From positions 188,878-252,877 of IMG/VR virus record IMGVR_UViG_3300025030_000039: a stretch of 64,000 bases of DNA; one strand, written 5' to 3'. Positions within the stretch are counted from its first letter, which is position 1. The number at the start of each line of letters is the position of its first letter. A model generated the notes under the pieces. The model did not search any database. It had not been told where the DNA came from and saw only the letters and a list, made by a program, of their open reading frames with translations. The DNA is from a virus. Both the position numbers and the translations under genes were made by a program. Below are positions 18,110-27,109 of the stretch, in pieces.

Positions 18110-18135
18110 ATTTTACATACTTATAACAACTATTT
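18110..18135 (-). promoter_or_regulatory. promoter-like motif on the minus strand (TAGTTGTTATAAGTATGTAAAAT)
   Basis: Same family as 12523-12549. About 85 nt upstream of the gene starting at 18026. Confidence 0.35.
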
Positions 18136-18213
18136 TTACACTTAATCGTTAGTAACAATATAAAAATAAAGTTTGTAGAATAACCGATACAGACTCAATA
18201 TTATTAAAAGAAT

Positions 18214-18645
18214 TTAAATAAAATCATATTTCATAATTATCTTATTATCGATTTCTTTAACAACAGTCCATCCCATTTTTAAATGATATTCTTTTGCAAA
18301 AACTGTATCTAAAAATATAGTTTTATATCCTAATAATTTTGCATATTCAAATCTTTTTTCAGTTAACATCAATCCATATCCATTACCTCTATATTCTGGT
18401 TCAACCCATAACAATAAATTCCAGGGAGATATAGTCCTATCTATTTCATTAATAGTATCAAATAATCCACAACCTATAGGTTTATCATCTATTATCAATA
18501 CATAACAAACTGAATCAGATTCATTATTTAAATACCTTCTAATCTCACTTAAACTATATTCATCATCAACTTGCCAACGTTCTTTCATAATAGATGAAAC
18601 ATAATTAATATACATGTGAGTTAATTTTTCTATTTTAATTTCCAT
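18214..18645 (-). CDS. GNAT-family N-acetyltransferase
   Basis: VLIIDDKPIGCGLF and the WVEPEYRGNGYG (R/QxxGxG/A) acetyl-CoA-binding motif, followed by YAKLLGYKTIFLDT. Confidence 0.7.
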   Translation of the reverse strand: MEIKIEKLTHMYINYVSSIMKERWQVDDEYSLSEIRRYLNNESDSVCYVLIIDDKPIGCGLFDTINEIDRTISPWNLLLWVEPEYRGNGYGLMLTEKRFEYAKLLGYKTIFLDTVFAKEYHLKMGWTVVKEIDNKIIMKYDFI

Positions 18646-20066
18646 TCAAATTTATAATTGCCTGTTCCAAAACATCTATAATATCCCTTATCATGCATTA
18701 TCTCCACTTCAGTCATCAAGGAATCTGCTCCTTCTTTTACCAATTTATCTTTACGATATTTAAACCTATTCTCCCTAATTCCATCTACTACCCACCAATA
18801 ATTCAAACCAGTATGCACTATATATTCAAACCCTAATTTTGTATATAAATTATCTTGCTCATCAACCGTCCAATCACAATCTGCATAACTTACTACTCGT
18901 TCAGGTTTATACTCTTTAATAAAATATTTAAATAAACGACTGGCTCCACCAACAACCGAAGTATTTAATTTATTAGCAAACCGTAAAAGCTCCCATTCAT
19001 TTTCTTTAGCAACTTGATTTAAATTTTTACGTAAGGATCCGAAGGTCATTAATGATACTAACTCACCTTCATAATATAAACCTAATTTAATAGCAGCATT
19101 AGTATTGCCCTGTAAATGGTTCCTATTTAAAAATTCTCTACTATCACCAGAATTAACGGTTTTAATTACACATTTTCTAGCATACACTTTATCAGTAGAT
19201 AAATTTAATAAATTCTTTATTCTTGATTTTACTATATCTCTTTTGTTATACCAAACATCTTCCCATATATGTATTAAATTAATTCCCAATTCTTTGCATC
19301 TATTACTTTTATCTATATGATATTCTTTAGGTTTATTAAATTCATTATGCCAATATACTCCATTATGTTCAAATGCTATATTTTTATCTTCAATATAAAT
19401 ATCAAGTTCTCTATTTTTTAATTCTTTTTTAGAATTAATTCTAAATGGTTTTAAATAAATGTCTTTTATCCAATCTATTAATTCTATTTCAGAATTACTT
19501 TTTCCGTGATTAGGATTACATTTTAAACATGGATTAATATTTATATTTATTCTTCTATATAATAATTGAGAATCTATTATTGATATACTTTTACATTCAA
19601 CACATTCTATTTTTATTTTTTGTTGATCATCCCATTCTATTATTTTAATTTTATCTTTTAATTTTTCTTTAGCAAAAGGAAAATAATATTTATCTTTAAA
19701 ATAATTTGATTGTGTTATATGTTGTACTCCATATCTTTTTAGAACTGTTATTCTTGTTCTTTTTTCTTTTAAAACTATTGCACATTTTCTACTACAGCTA
19801 GAAGAATAACCAGGCATTATACCCATAAATTTAGATGAAGGTATTTTATTACCACATACTTCACATTTTGGAATTTCAGTTTTATCATGTAATGCATGAT
19901 AAAGTTTTTCTTTAAAAGACGTTAATTTTAGATTATTATTTATAGAATATTTTTCTATTTCTAATAATAGATTAGGATAATTATTTTTAAAAAATTCAAT
20001 TCTAGTAGTACTAGATGTAAGTTTTCCGTTTTTTATTAATATTTTATTTAAATCATTTGATAACAT
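18630..20066 (-). CDS. three-part fusion protein: N-terminal Cys clusters, DUF559/Vsr-like (PD-(D/E)XK-type) endonuclease core, C-terminal GNAT-like fold
   Basis: CEVCGNKIP...CSRKC Zn-ribbon-like clusters. ELDIYIEDKNIAFEHNGVYWHN....LGINLIHIWEDVW matches the DUF559 and very-short-patch-repair-like nuclease pattern. The C-terminal GLYYEGELVSLMTFGS...ELLRFA...VVGGASRLFKYFI...YTKLGF looks acyltransferase-like. Confidence 0.5.
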   Translation of the reverse strand: MLSNDLNKILIKNGKLTSSTTRIEFFKNNYPNLLLEIEKYSINNNLKLTSFKEKLYHALHDKTEIPKCEVCGNKIPSSKFMGIMPGYSSSCSRKCAIVLKEKRTRITVLKRYGVQHITQSNYFKDKYYFPFAKEKLKDKIKIIEWDDQQKIKIECVECKSISIIDSQLLYRRINININPCLKCNPNHGKSNSEIELIDWIKDIYLKPFRINSKKELKNRELDIYIEDKNIAFEHNGVYWHNEFNKPKEYHIDKSNRCKELGINLIHIWEDVWYNKRDIVKSRIKNLLNLSTDKVYARKCVIKTVNSGDSREFLNRNHLQGNTNAAIKLGLYYEGELVSLMTFGSLRKNLNQVAKENEWELLRFANKLNTSVVGGASRLFKYFIKEYKPERVVSYADCDWTVDEQDNLYTKLGFEYIVHTGLNYWWVVDGIRENRFKYRKDKLVKEGADSLMTEVEIMHDKGYYRCFGTGNYKFEWKLK

Positions 20067-20104
20067 TTAATTATATGGTTAATTATTATTATGTTTAATA
20101 AAAT

Positions 20105-20983
20105 TTAAACATAATCACCTTCCTGTATTTCAGGTAACTCTCCCATCTTATTTCTATACAATAATGTAATCATCGGTAAATTTACCCATCTTAAATCCTT
20201 CTCAACTAATTGATTTTTAATACGTTCAAGAATGTCCCTGTCACTTCCCCGAGGTTCGCTGCGTACTGGTGAAGTAAGAAATTGCTCTCTTACATTTCTA
20301 TATCTTAAATCCTTAAATTCCTTCAAATCCCAACAAAATGTTGAATGCCAACTTTCTGTTATATGAGAAATATTATTCCCCCCTATATGTTTAACAACTC
20401 CTCTTTCTGGTCTACAATATGTATCTGTTCCTGTTTTATATCTTTTTATTATAGCTGTCGAAGAAAAGAATTTTGCTTTAGGATATCTAGTTATTGCCTT
20501 AGCCATATATTCTAGATGGTTAGGAAGCCATATATCATCGTGATCTAAACGACAAATAAAATTTACACCATCCCTTACTGCTTTATCAATAGCTATATTT
20601 GCAGCAACATCAGACCCTGAATGCCAAAGATCTGCCCCCCTGAATCGGATCCTTTCACCTGGCAGTTCCAGATTTTCATATACGATTTTTGAGTATTCGA
20701 ATGATTCAACTAAAGGCTTGATTTCATTATCACTTTCATAGTCATCACCCATTAGATAAATTTTGTAGTTTTGGTATGATTGGTTTTTGATAGATTGAAG
20801 AGCTTCTTGTAATCTCATAGGAGTAGTACCATCGCTTCTTTTATAGGTAGCAACTATAATACCAAATCTTATATTTGTTCTGTGTTCTATTTTTTTGAAT
20901 TTATCTATTTTATCCGATAAATCATTTTGTTTATTTTGATCTTCTTGATTAAAATTTTGAAAATTTTCTAATAAGGTGTCCAT
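20105..20983 (-). CDS. family 2 glycosyltransferase (GT-A fold)
   Basis: FGIIVATYKR, the QSYQNYKIYLMGDDYE acidic motif and the DHDD DxD-type motif. Confidence 0.7.
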   Translation of the reverse strand: MDTLLENFQNFNQEDQNKQNDLSDKIDKFKKIEHRTNIRFGIIVATYKRSDGTTPMRLQEALQSIKNQSYQNYKIYLMGDDYESDNEIKPLVESFEYSKIVYENLELPGERIRFRGADLWHSGSDVAANIAIDKAVRDGVNFICRLDHDDIWLPNHLEYMAKAITRYPKAKFFSSTAIIKRYKTGTDTYCRPERGVVKHIGGNNISHITESWHSTFCWDLKEFKDLRYRNVREQFLTSPVRSEPRGSDRDILERIKNQLVEKDLRWVNLPMITLLYRNKMGELPEIQEGDYV

Positions 20984-21363
20984 AAAAATATTATTTGAAT
21001 ATATATTTGGAATTTTAATTTTATTTTAAACTTTTTTATTATATTTAAATTTAATAATATTTAGTTATATGAATCAAAATTTAAAAATATTAATAAAATG
21101 AGAACAATAAAGGCACAGAAGACTTAATTACTGGTATAATTATTGAAATGAAAAACGAAGACAACTTTGAAAGAAAAGCTGCACAGCGAATAATCGAAGC
21201 ACTAACAGATGAAAATAATTTGAATATACCCCCAGTTATCGTTTCAATTTGCGATGGTCTTTTGTTTGAATGTACTGATAGAGAAACAATACATAACGAA
21301 TGATGCGTTTATTCTCGTTGCCGTATTAGGAGCAGAAATTATTAACCATAAAATAAACACAAT

Positions 21364-21591
21364 ATGAAAAAAGGAACTTCAAATAAGCAGAAAGCAGGCA
21401 ATAGAATTAAACGCAATGTTATAAAATTGTTGCCCGACCGGAGAATTTATGATGAATACACATTTATAATTGGAAGTATGCAACACGGAACATCCTACAT
21501 GGGTAAATCGGACGAAACTATAAAACACCACGACAATATAATCGCATGGCTTAAAAAACGTAGAGAGGAGTTTAAGGGCAATGTTTTATAA
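21364..21591 (+). CDS. hypothetical basic protein (75 aa)
   Basis: Track ORF in a locally GC-richer stretch. Confidence 0.35.
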   Translation: MKKGTSNKQKAGNRIKRNVIKLLPDRRIYDEYTFIIGSMQHGTSYMGKSDETIKHHDNIIAWLKKRREEFKGNVL

Positions 21592-21664
21592 CGGACGGCG
21601 GTTGGCTTTCGTTGCCGATGCTCGATTAACGACAAATGATTATTAATAGTAAAAATTTAAAATT

Positions 21665-21892
21665 ATGCAGACAGATTCTAAAAACCAAATAGGCAATGAA
21701 GCTAATACCATGTTATGTGAAGTGTATTTTGTAAAAAAAGGTAAAAAGTTTATGAAAGGACATGGATATAGCACATTAAAAGGATATAAATTTAGTTGGA
21801 CTTTCAATAAAAACGAAGCAAGAAAAATGGAATATAGCACAGCAAATAGTTTAGCAATTTCAAGCGGTGGTGTATTGAAACAACAACTATAA
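21665..21892 (+). CDS. hypothetical protein (75 aa)
   Basis: Track ORF. Preferred over the antisense 21643-21900 frame, which is F/L-rich and junk-like. Confidence 0.35.
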   Translation: MQTDSKNQIGNEANTMLCEVYFVKKGKKFMKGHGYSTLKGYKFSWTFNKNEARKMEYSTANSLAISSGGVLKQQL

Positions 21893-21939
21893 ATGGTCAA
21901 TTAGTAGAAATTCCACGCTACGACCCTCTTTATTATTGT

Positions 21940-22006
21940 GGCTAACGGTTGCAAATATAAAACGTTGCAACATGAATGTAATTAAATGAAACAAAACTTG
22001 AAAAAA
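21940..22006 (+). repeat. ~65-bp element, inverted copy of 12590-12655; contains CTAACGGTTGC and GTTGCAAC
   Basis: GGCTAACGGTTGCAAATATAAAACGTTGCAACATGAATGTAATTAAATGAAACAAAACTTGAAA. It lies about 90 nt upstream of the RlmN-like gene. Confidence 0.55.
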
Positions 22007-22090
22007 TGCTCGAATAACCACGGATGCCCAACTGTTTTATACCATATGTTAGCGGTAGTGATTTTTTAACTTATTAATATTTAACGATTT

Positions 22091-22978
22091 ATGAAAACAA
22101 AAAGATTTGATAGTTCAGAAGGTAATGTTTGGAAATATGTATTTGACTTTGAAAATGCAGTTGCCGAAGCGGTACTTTACAAATATGAAAACTTTTACAA
22201 AAGGACTGTACTTTGCGTGAGTGTGCAAAGTGGATGCCCTGTTGGTTGCAAATTTTGCGGAACTGGCAAAAAGTTTATTAGAAACCTTACAAACTTAGAA
22301 ATAGTTGCACAGGTTAAACATTGCTTAAAAGACATGAATATTGAAAATGTTAATTCGGCTAGTGATCGTTTCCAAATAATGTTTATGAGTATGGGTGAAC
22401 CTACTTTAAATATTGATAATGTAATAACGGCAATAAAGGATTTAAACAACTTATATCCAAATGCTGAATTACTTATTTCAACTATGGGGGCAAAAAACAA
22501 TACCGCTTTTGAAAAACTGTTAAAAGTAAGTATTGAAATACAAAAGGTTGGTTTGCAATTTTCAGTACATGAAGCATTTGAAGAAAAAAGAAACCAATTA
22601 ATATCATTTAAAAATAAATTGAATTTACGTGAAATGCGTGATTTTGGCATTGAGTGGAATAGGCAAACAAAACGCCCTGTATATGTGAATTATTGCATTG
22701 GAGAAACAAACCAAAGCAATGAAGAGATGGATAGGCTTAAAGACTTATTTAGCCCTGCTCTTTTCAATTTTACATTTTCGGTTATTTGCTCTTCTGATGA
22801 AAACATGAAAGATAAAGGATATAGAGAACTGAACAAGATAAACACAATTACTTCATCATTTGTTGAATGTGGTTATAATGTTCGAGTTTTCGACCCTGCT
22901 GGTCAAGATGATATTGGGGGCGGGTGCGGACAATTATGGTATGTACAAAACTGGATGCGTGACCATCATTACCGCTAA
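22091..22978 (+). CDS. RlmN/Cfr-family radical SAM RNA methyltransferase-like protein
   Basis: SVQSGCPVGCKFCGTG is the CX3CX2C radical-SAM motif in an RlmN-like context. FMSMGEPTLN and the C-terminal DIGGGCGQLWY resemble the conserved RlmN/Cfr Cys motifs. Confidence 0.8.
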   Translation: MKTKRFDSSEGNVWKYVFDFENAVAEAVLYKYENFYKRTVLCVSVQSGCPVGCKFCGTGKKFIRNLTNLEIVAQVKHCLKDMNIENVNSASDRFQIMFMSMGEPTLNIDNVITAIKDLNNLYPNAELLISTMGAKNNTAFEKLLKVSIEIQKVGLQFSVHEAFEEKRNQLISFKNKLNLREMRDFGIEWNRQTKRPVYVNYCIGETNQSNEEMDRLKDLFSPALFNFTFSVICSSDENMKDKGYRELNKINTITSSFVECGYNVRVFDPAGQDDIGGGCGQLWYVQNWMRDHHYR

Positions 22979-23095
22979 CATAAATATATAAATAATAATA
23001 TATAATTAATTAAATATGAATGCCTTAGGACAATCAATGTTAATAAAATTTAAAAAATATTTAATGTTGAAAAATTATTTAATTTTATAAAATAA

Positions 23096-23746
23096 ATGGA
23101 ATATAACGATAAAAATGGATTAGAATTAATAGCTGAATTAGCTAAAGTTAGTACTGATAAGCTAATGAATTTAACTATTTTAATACTAAGTAGTAATAAA
23201 TTGACTTCTATACCAAAAGAGATAGGATTACTTACTAATTTAAGAGAATTACGTTTATCCAATAATGAATTAACATCTGTACCAAAAGAGATAGGAAATT
23301 TGGTAAATTTACAACATTTACATTTAAATAGTAATAAATTAACTTCTATACCATTAGAAATATTTAATCTTATAAAATTAACTAAATTATTATTATATAG
23401 TAATAAATTGACTTCTATACCAAAAGAGATAGGAAATTTAATAAATTTACAGCGTTTATTTTTAAGTTATAATGCATTGACTTCATTACCTAAAGAGATA
23501 GGAAATTTGGTAAATTTATGTGAATTACTATATACAAATACTAAGATGGTTTCAATACCTATTGAGTTAGTTAAGTTAAATGTTTTTCCAAAGTTAGATT
23601 TATCAGAATTAACTCTGCCGTTATGGGCTGAATTATTTCAAGAAGATAAATTTAAAGTTATTAAGCATAAAGATTTTCCAAAAGATTTAAGAAATCATCC
23701 ATGGTTTATTGATGTAGCTTATGCAGATGATTTTGGACTTATTTAA
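23096..23746 (+). CDS. leucine-rich repeat protein (bacterial-type LRR)
   Basis: At least six tandem 23-aa repeats of the form L(T)SIPKEIGNLVNLQ.L.L..N. Confidence 0.8.
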   Translation: MEYNDKNGLELIAELAKVSTDKLMNLTILILSSNKLTSIPKEIGLLTNLRELRLSNNELTSVPKEIGNLVNLQHLHLNSNKLTSIPLEIFNLIKLTKLLLYSNKLTSIPKEIGNLINLQRLFLSYNALTSLPKEIGNLVNLCELLYTNTKMVSIPIELVKLNVFPKLDLSELTLPLWAELFQEDKFKVIKHKDFPKDLRNHPWFIDVAYADDFGLI

Positions 23747-23758
23747 AAATATTATAAT

Positions 23759-24016
23759 ATGATAATGAAAGTAATAAATGATCAAAGACCGATATTTAAT
23801 GGCCAATTTATAGCATTTGTAACAGGTTTAAAAAGTATTAATACATATCCAAAATATTTGAGAATTGGTGAAGTTATAGATGCAAAAGATTATGTAATTA
23901 AAGAATTAGTAAATAGTAAAATATGGAAAGTATATCCATCTAATATTATTACTACTGGTGATGATGGTATAGTTCAAGGTGTTGCATCACAAATAGTTTT
24001 CACAGAAAAATTATAA
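23759..24016 (+). CDS. hypothetical protein (85 aa)
   Basis: Track ORF. Confidence 0.4.
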   Translation: MIMKVINDQRPIFNGQFIAFVTGLKSINTYPKYLRIGEVIDAKDYVIKELVNSKIWKVYPSNIITTGDDGIVQGVASQIVFTEKL

Positions 24017-24023
24017 ATTAAAA

Positions 24024-24296
24024 ATGGAAAATATTGTTTTATTAACAGAAGAAAAAGAATTTTTATATTCAAAGATTGAGTATATTAAAAAGAAGAATTT
24101 ACAAAATAAAAATTTAGATATATACAATTTTCTTAAAAATGAAGAAGATGAGGTTGTATCTGAAGATTTATTTATAAAAATTCTTAATTGTTTAGAGTAT
24201 ACATTTAAGAAAAAGTTAAAAGGTTTAGACAAGCCTATAAAGAAAGAAGTATTTGAATCTTTATTAAATAAGGTTCCTAAAATATGGAAAGAATAA
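24024..24296 (+). CDS. hypothetical protein (90 aa)
   Basis: Track ORF. Preferred over the antisense 24011-24232. Confidence 0.4.
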   Translation: MENIVLLTEEKEFLYSKIEYIKKKNLQNKNLDIYNFLKNEEDEVVSEDLFIKILNCLEYTFKKKLKGLDKPIKKEVFESLLNKVPKIWKE

Positions 24297-25445
24297 TTAT
24301 TCTATATTTGGATAATTAAAAAGTTTATTTTGATAGTTTTTAAGAATAAGATTTCCATTTTCATCTTTACCTTGATAGTATTCAGGAAGAATAGGAATTT
24401 TACCTCCTCCACCTGGAGCATCAATTACAAAGGTAGGTATAGCATAGCCTGAAGTATTACCTCTAAGATTAAACATTATTTCTATTCCTTTTTCGATTGA
24501 GGTTCTAAAATGTTCTGAACCTAGAATTGGATCACATTGATATAAATAGTACGGTCTAACTCTAACTTTAAGTAATTCATGAAATAATTTTTTAAGAATT
24601 AATGAGTCATCATTAATTCCTTTAAGTAATACCGTTTGAGATCCTAATGGAATTCCAGCATTTGCTAATAAGTTGCAAGCTTGTTTTACTTCAGGAGTAA
24701 TTTCATCTGGATGAGTAAAATGTATACTCATAAAAAGAGGATGATATTTTTGTAGAATATTTATTAGTTTTTTGTTTATTCTTTGTGGAAGTATAACTGG
24801 AACTTTGGTTCCAATTCTTATTATTTCAATATGTTTGATATTTCTAATAGTTGATAATAAATAATCAAGTTGTGAATCAGGTAAAGTTAATGGATCACCG
24901 CCAGAAATTATTACATCTCTTATTTCAGTATGTTCTCGCAAATAATTAAAAGCAGATTCCCAATTATTTAAATTTTTTTCTTTTGCTACAATATGAGAAC
25001 GTGTACAATATCTACAATATGTTGCACAAAAATCTGTTGCTAAAAATAAAACTCTATCTGGATATCGATGTATAATATTAGGTACCGGATTATCTTCATT
25101 TTCATTTAATGGATCTGATAATTCACCCTCATTTATATAATATTCATTTACAATCGGAATAACGCTTTTTCTTAATGATTGCAATGAATTATTTTTATCT
25201 ATTAAGCTAGAATAATAAGGTGTTATTCTTATAGGTAATGAATCTTTATTATTATCATTTATAGATTTTTCATTATCATTTAAATTAAAAAAATCATTTA
25301 ATTGTTTAATGTTTGTAATACTATTTTTTATTTGCCATCGCCAGTCATTCCACTGTTCTTTTGATGTATTAGGAAAATTTTCTTTTAAATATTCTATTGA
25401 TTTTTCACTAGGTTCTATAAGTGAGATATCATCATTTTTGTCCAT
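24297..25445 (-). CDS. KamA-family radical SAM aminomutase-like protein (lysine 2,3-aminomutase / EpmB family)
   Basis: N-terminal WNDWRWQIKN, LATDFCATYCRYCTRS (CX3CX2C in the KamA context) and C-terminal GGGGK. Confidence 0.8.
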   Translation of the reverse strand: MDKNDDISLIEPSEKSIEYLKENFPNTSKEQWNDWRWQIKNSITNIKQLNDFFNLNDNEKSINDNNKDSLPIRITPYYSSLIDKNNSLQSLRKSVIPIVNEYYINEGELSDPLNENEDNPVPNIIHRYPDRVLFLATDFCATYCRYCTRSHIVAKEKNLNNWESAFNYLREHTEIRDVIISGGDPLTLPDSQLDYLLSTIRNIKHIEIIRIGTKVPVILPQRINKKLINILQKYHPLFMSIHFTHPDEITPEVKQACNLLANAGIPLGSQTVLLKGINDDSLILKKLFHELLKVRVRPYYLYQCDPILGSEHFRTSIEKGIEIMFNLRGNTSGYAIPTFVIDAPGGGGKIPILPEYYQGKDENGNLILKNYQNKLFNYPNIE

Positions 25446-25579
25446 TTTAATTTTATTTTAAACATTGTAAATTGTATTTTATTTATTCACTTTTTTAAAA
25501 TAATTTTATAGGATATGCATAAAATGTTTTAATTATAAAAAATGTTCGGGTGATATATAAAAAAAATAATGTTTAAGTT

Positions 25580-27031
25580 ATGAGTTTACTAAATTTTAAT
25601 GATTATAGATATAAAAGACTAGAAAAAGAAACTATTATAGACAAAAGAGTTATAATGGAACAAGCAGAATATGTTGCTGCTTTAAATGAAGCTTTTGCAT
25701 CTAAAAATATTATGCGTATGATTGCTTTAGCTGATAGACAGTCCCAAAAAGCATGGTACAGTTCGTTCGTAAAAGACTTTTATAAAGTTTATAATATTAG
25801 TATTGACAAAGTTAAAGATGAAGATTTTAAAGAAGCTAATGTTGAAGATTTTTTTAGAGGTGGAAAATTATATAAAGATGAAGTTAGATCTGAATTAAAA
25901 GGTAAATTTCCAATTGATAAAAGATATTTAGCTATATGTATTAATAGAGATAAAGATAATACTTTAGAAAGAGCAGCAAAAGAAGATTTAGAAACTCTAA
26001 ACAAATATTTAAAAGAAGTTGGATTTGATCTTAAAAAAGAAGTTCCAGAATTATTAAAAGCTGCTAGCGATAATCCAGCTAAATTTAAAACTGTACTTTC
26101 ACAAAAGTTAAAAGAAAAAAATGTTGATGATATAGCATTTAAAAAAATACATAATGTATTTACAGAATATGATAATATTAGAAAAATAGAAATTCCAGTA
26201 ATTACATCTATTATAATCGGTGGACATGCAGTATATCATGGTTTTGAACCTTCAACTACTGAAGTTAGAGAAAAAAGAGAAATAGCACTTCCAGTTCCTA
26301 CGATGTGGAGAGAAGATAGATATGGTGTATTACATTCACCAACATTAATTCATAGATATGTTCCAATTGATCAAGTTACAAATCTTAAAATTTTTAAATC
26401 AGTTTCTCAACCTACGATTGAAGCAGCTACTGATACTGTATATTATGTTGATGTTGATGAATTATCAGCAAAATATGATATGGGTACAAAAATGAGTGAT
26501 AGAAAAATAGCAAAATCTGGTAGCCCATTCTTTATGAGTAATGAAGAAATTAAAGCAGAAACAAAACGTTTAATGTTGCTTAAAACAAAACATAAAATAG
26601 ATACACATGCAATGACTGCTTTATATCTATTCTGCATTAAAAGATTTACTATGGAAATGGCTAAAGATTCTTTTAAAATGGATAATGTAGAATTTACTAT
26701 TGGAAGTCAAAAAATTACTTCAGGAATTAAAATATTAGATCATTTTAATACACTTTTAAAAGAATATCAAAAAGTTAATTCAGCATATAGTGATTTCTTA
26801 AAAAATATTACTCCTGCTGATGAAGATTTAATTACAAATAAACTTACTTCTAAATTTTCATTAGATGCAAAACAACAAGCTATCAGCGATCAATTATCTG
26901 GTTATATTGAACAGATATTAGGATTCAGACAAAAAGCTTTAGACATGTATAGTCAAATGCAACAAATAGGAATTACTTTTACTAAAGATGAAATTAAACA
27001 ACTTTCACCTTCATTAGAATTAGGAAAATAA
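25580..27031 (+). CDS. hypothetical protein (483 aa), the largest ORFan in the window
   Basis: Track ORF followed by a strong terminator hairpin. Confidence 0.5.
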   Translation: MSLLNFNDYRYKRLEKETIIDKRVIMEQAEYVAALNEAFASKNIMRMIALADRQSQKAWYSSFVKDFYKVYNISIDKVKDEDFKEANVEDFFRGGKLYKDEVRSELKGKFPIDKRYLAICINRDKDNTLERAAKEDLETLNKYLKEVGFDLKKEVPELLKAASDNPAKFKTVLSQKLKEKNVDDIAFKKIHNVFTEYDNIRKIEIPVITSIIIGGHAVYHGFEPSTTEVREKREIALPVPTMWREDRYGVLHSPTLIHRYVPIDQVTNLKIFKSVSQPTIEAATDTVYYVDVDELSAKYDMGTKMSDRKIAKSGSPFFMSNEEIKAETKRLMLLKTKHKIDTHAMTALYLFCIKRFTMEMAKDSFKMDNVEFTIGSQKITSGIKILDHFNTLLKEYQKVNSAYSDFLKNITPADEDLITNKLTSKFSLDAKQQAISDQLSGYIEQILGFRQKALDMYSQMQQIGITFTKDEIKQLSPSLELGK

Positions 27032-27036
27032 ATTAT

Positions 27037-27068
27037 AAAAAAGGAACTAAAATTTAGTTCCTTTTTAG
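27037..27068 (+). terminator. rho-independent-type terminator (AAAAAGGAACTAAA/TTTAGTTCCTTTTT palindrome)
   Basis: Perfect palindrome flanked by an A-tract and a T-tract, immediately after the stop of 25580-27031. Confidence 0.55.
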
Positions 27069-27109
27069 TTTGGTATAATTTTTGATGTATAACTCTTAAA
27101 ATAAATTTT

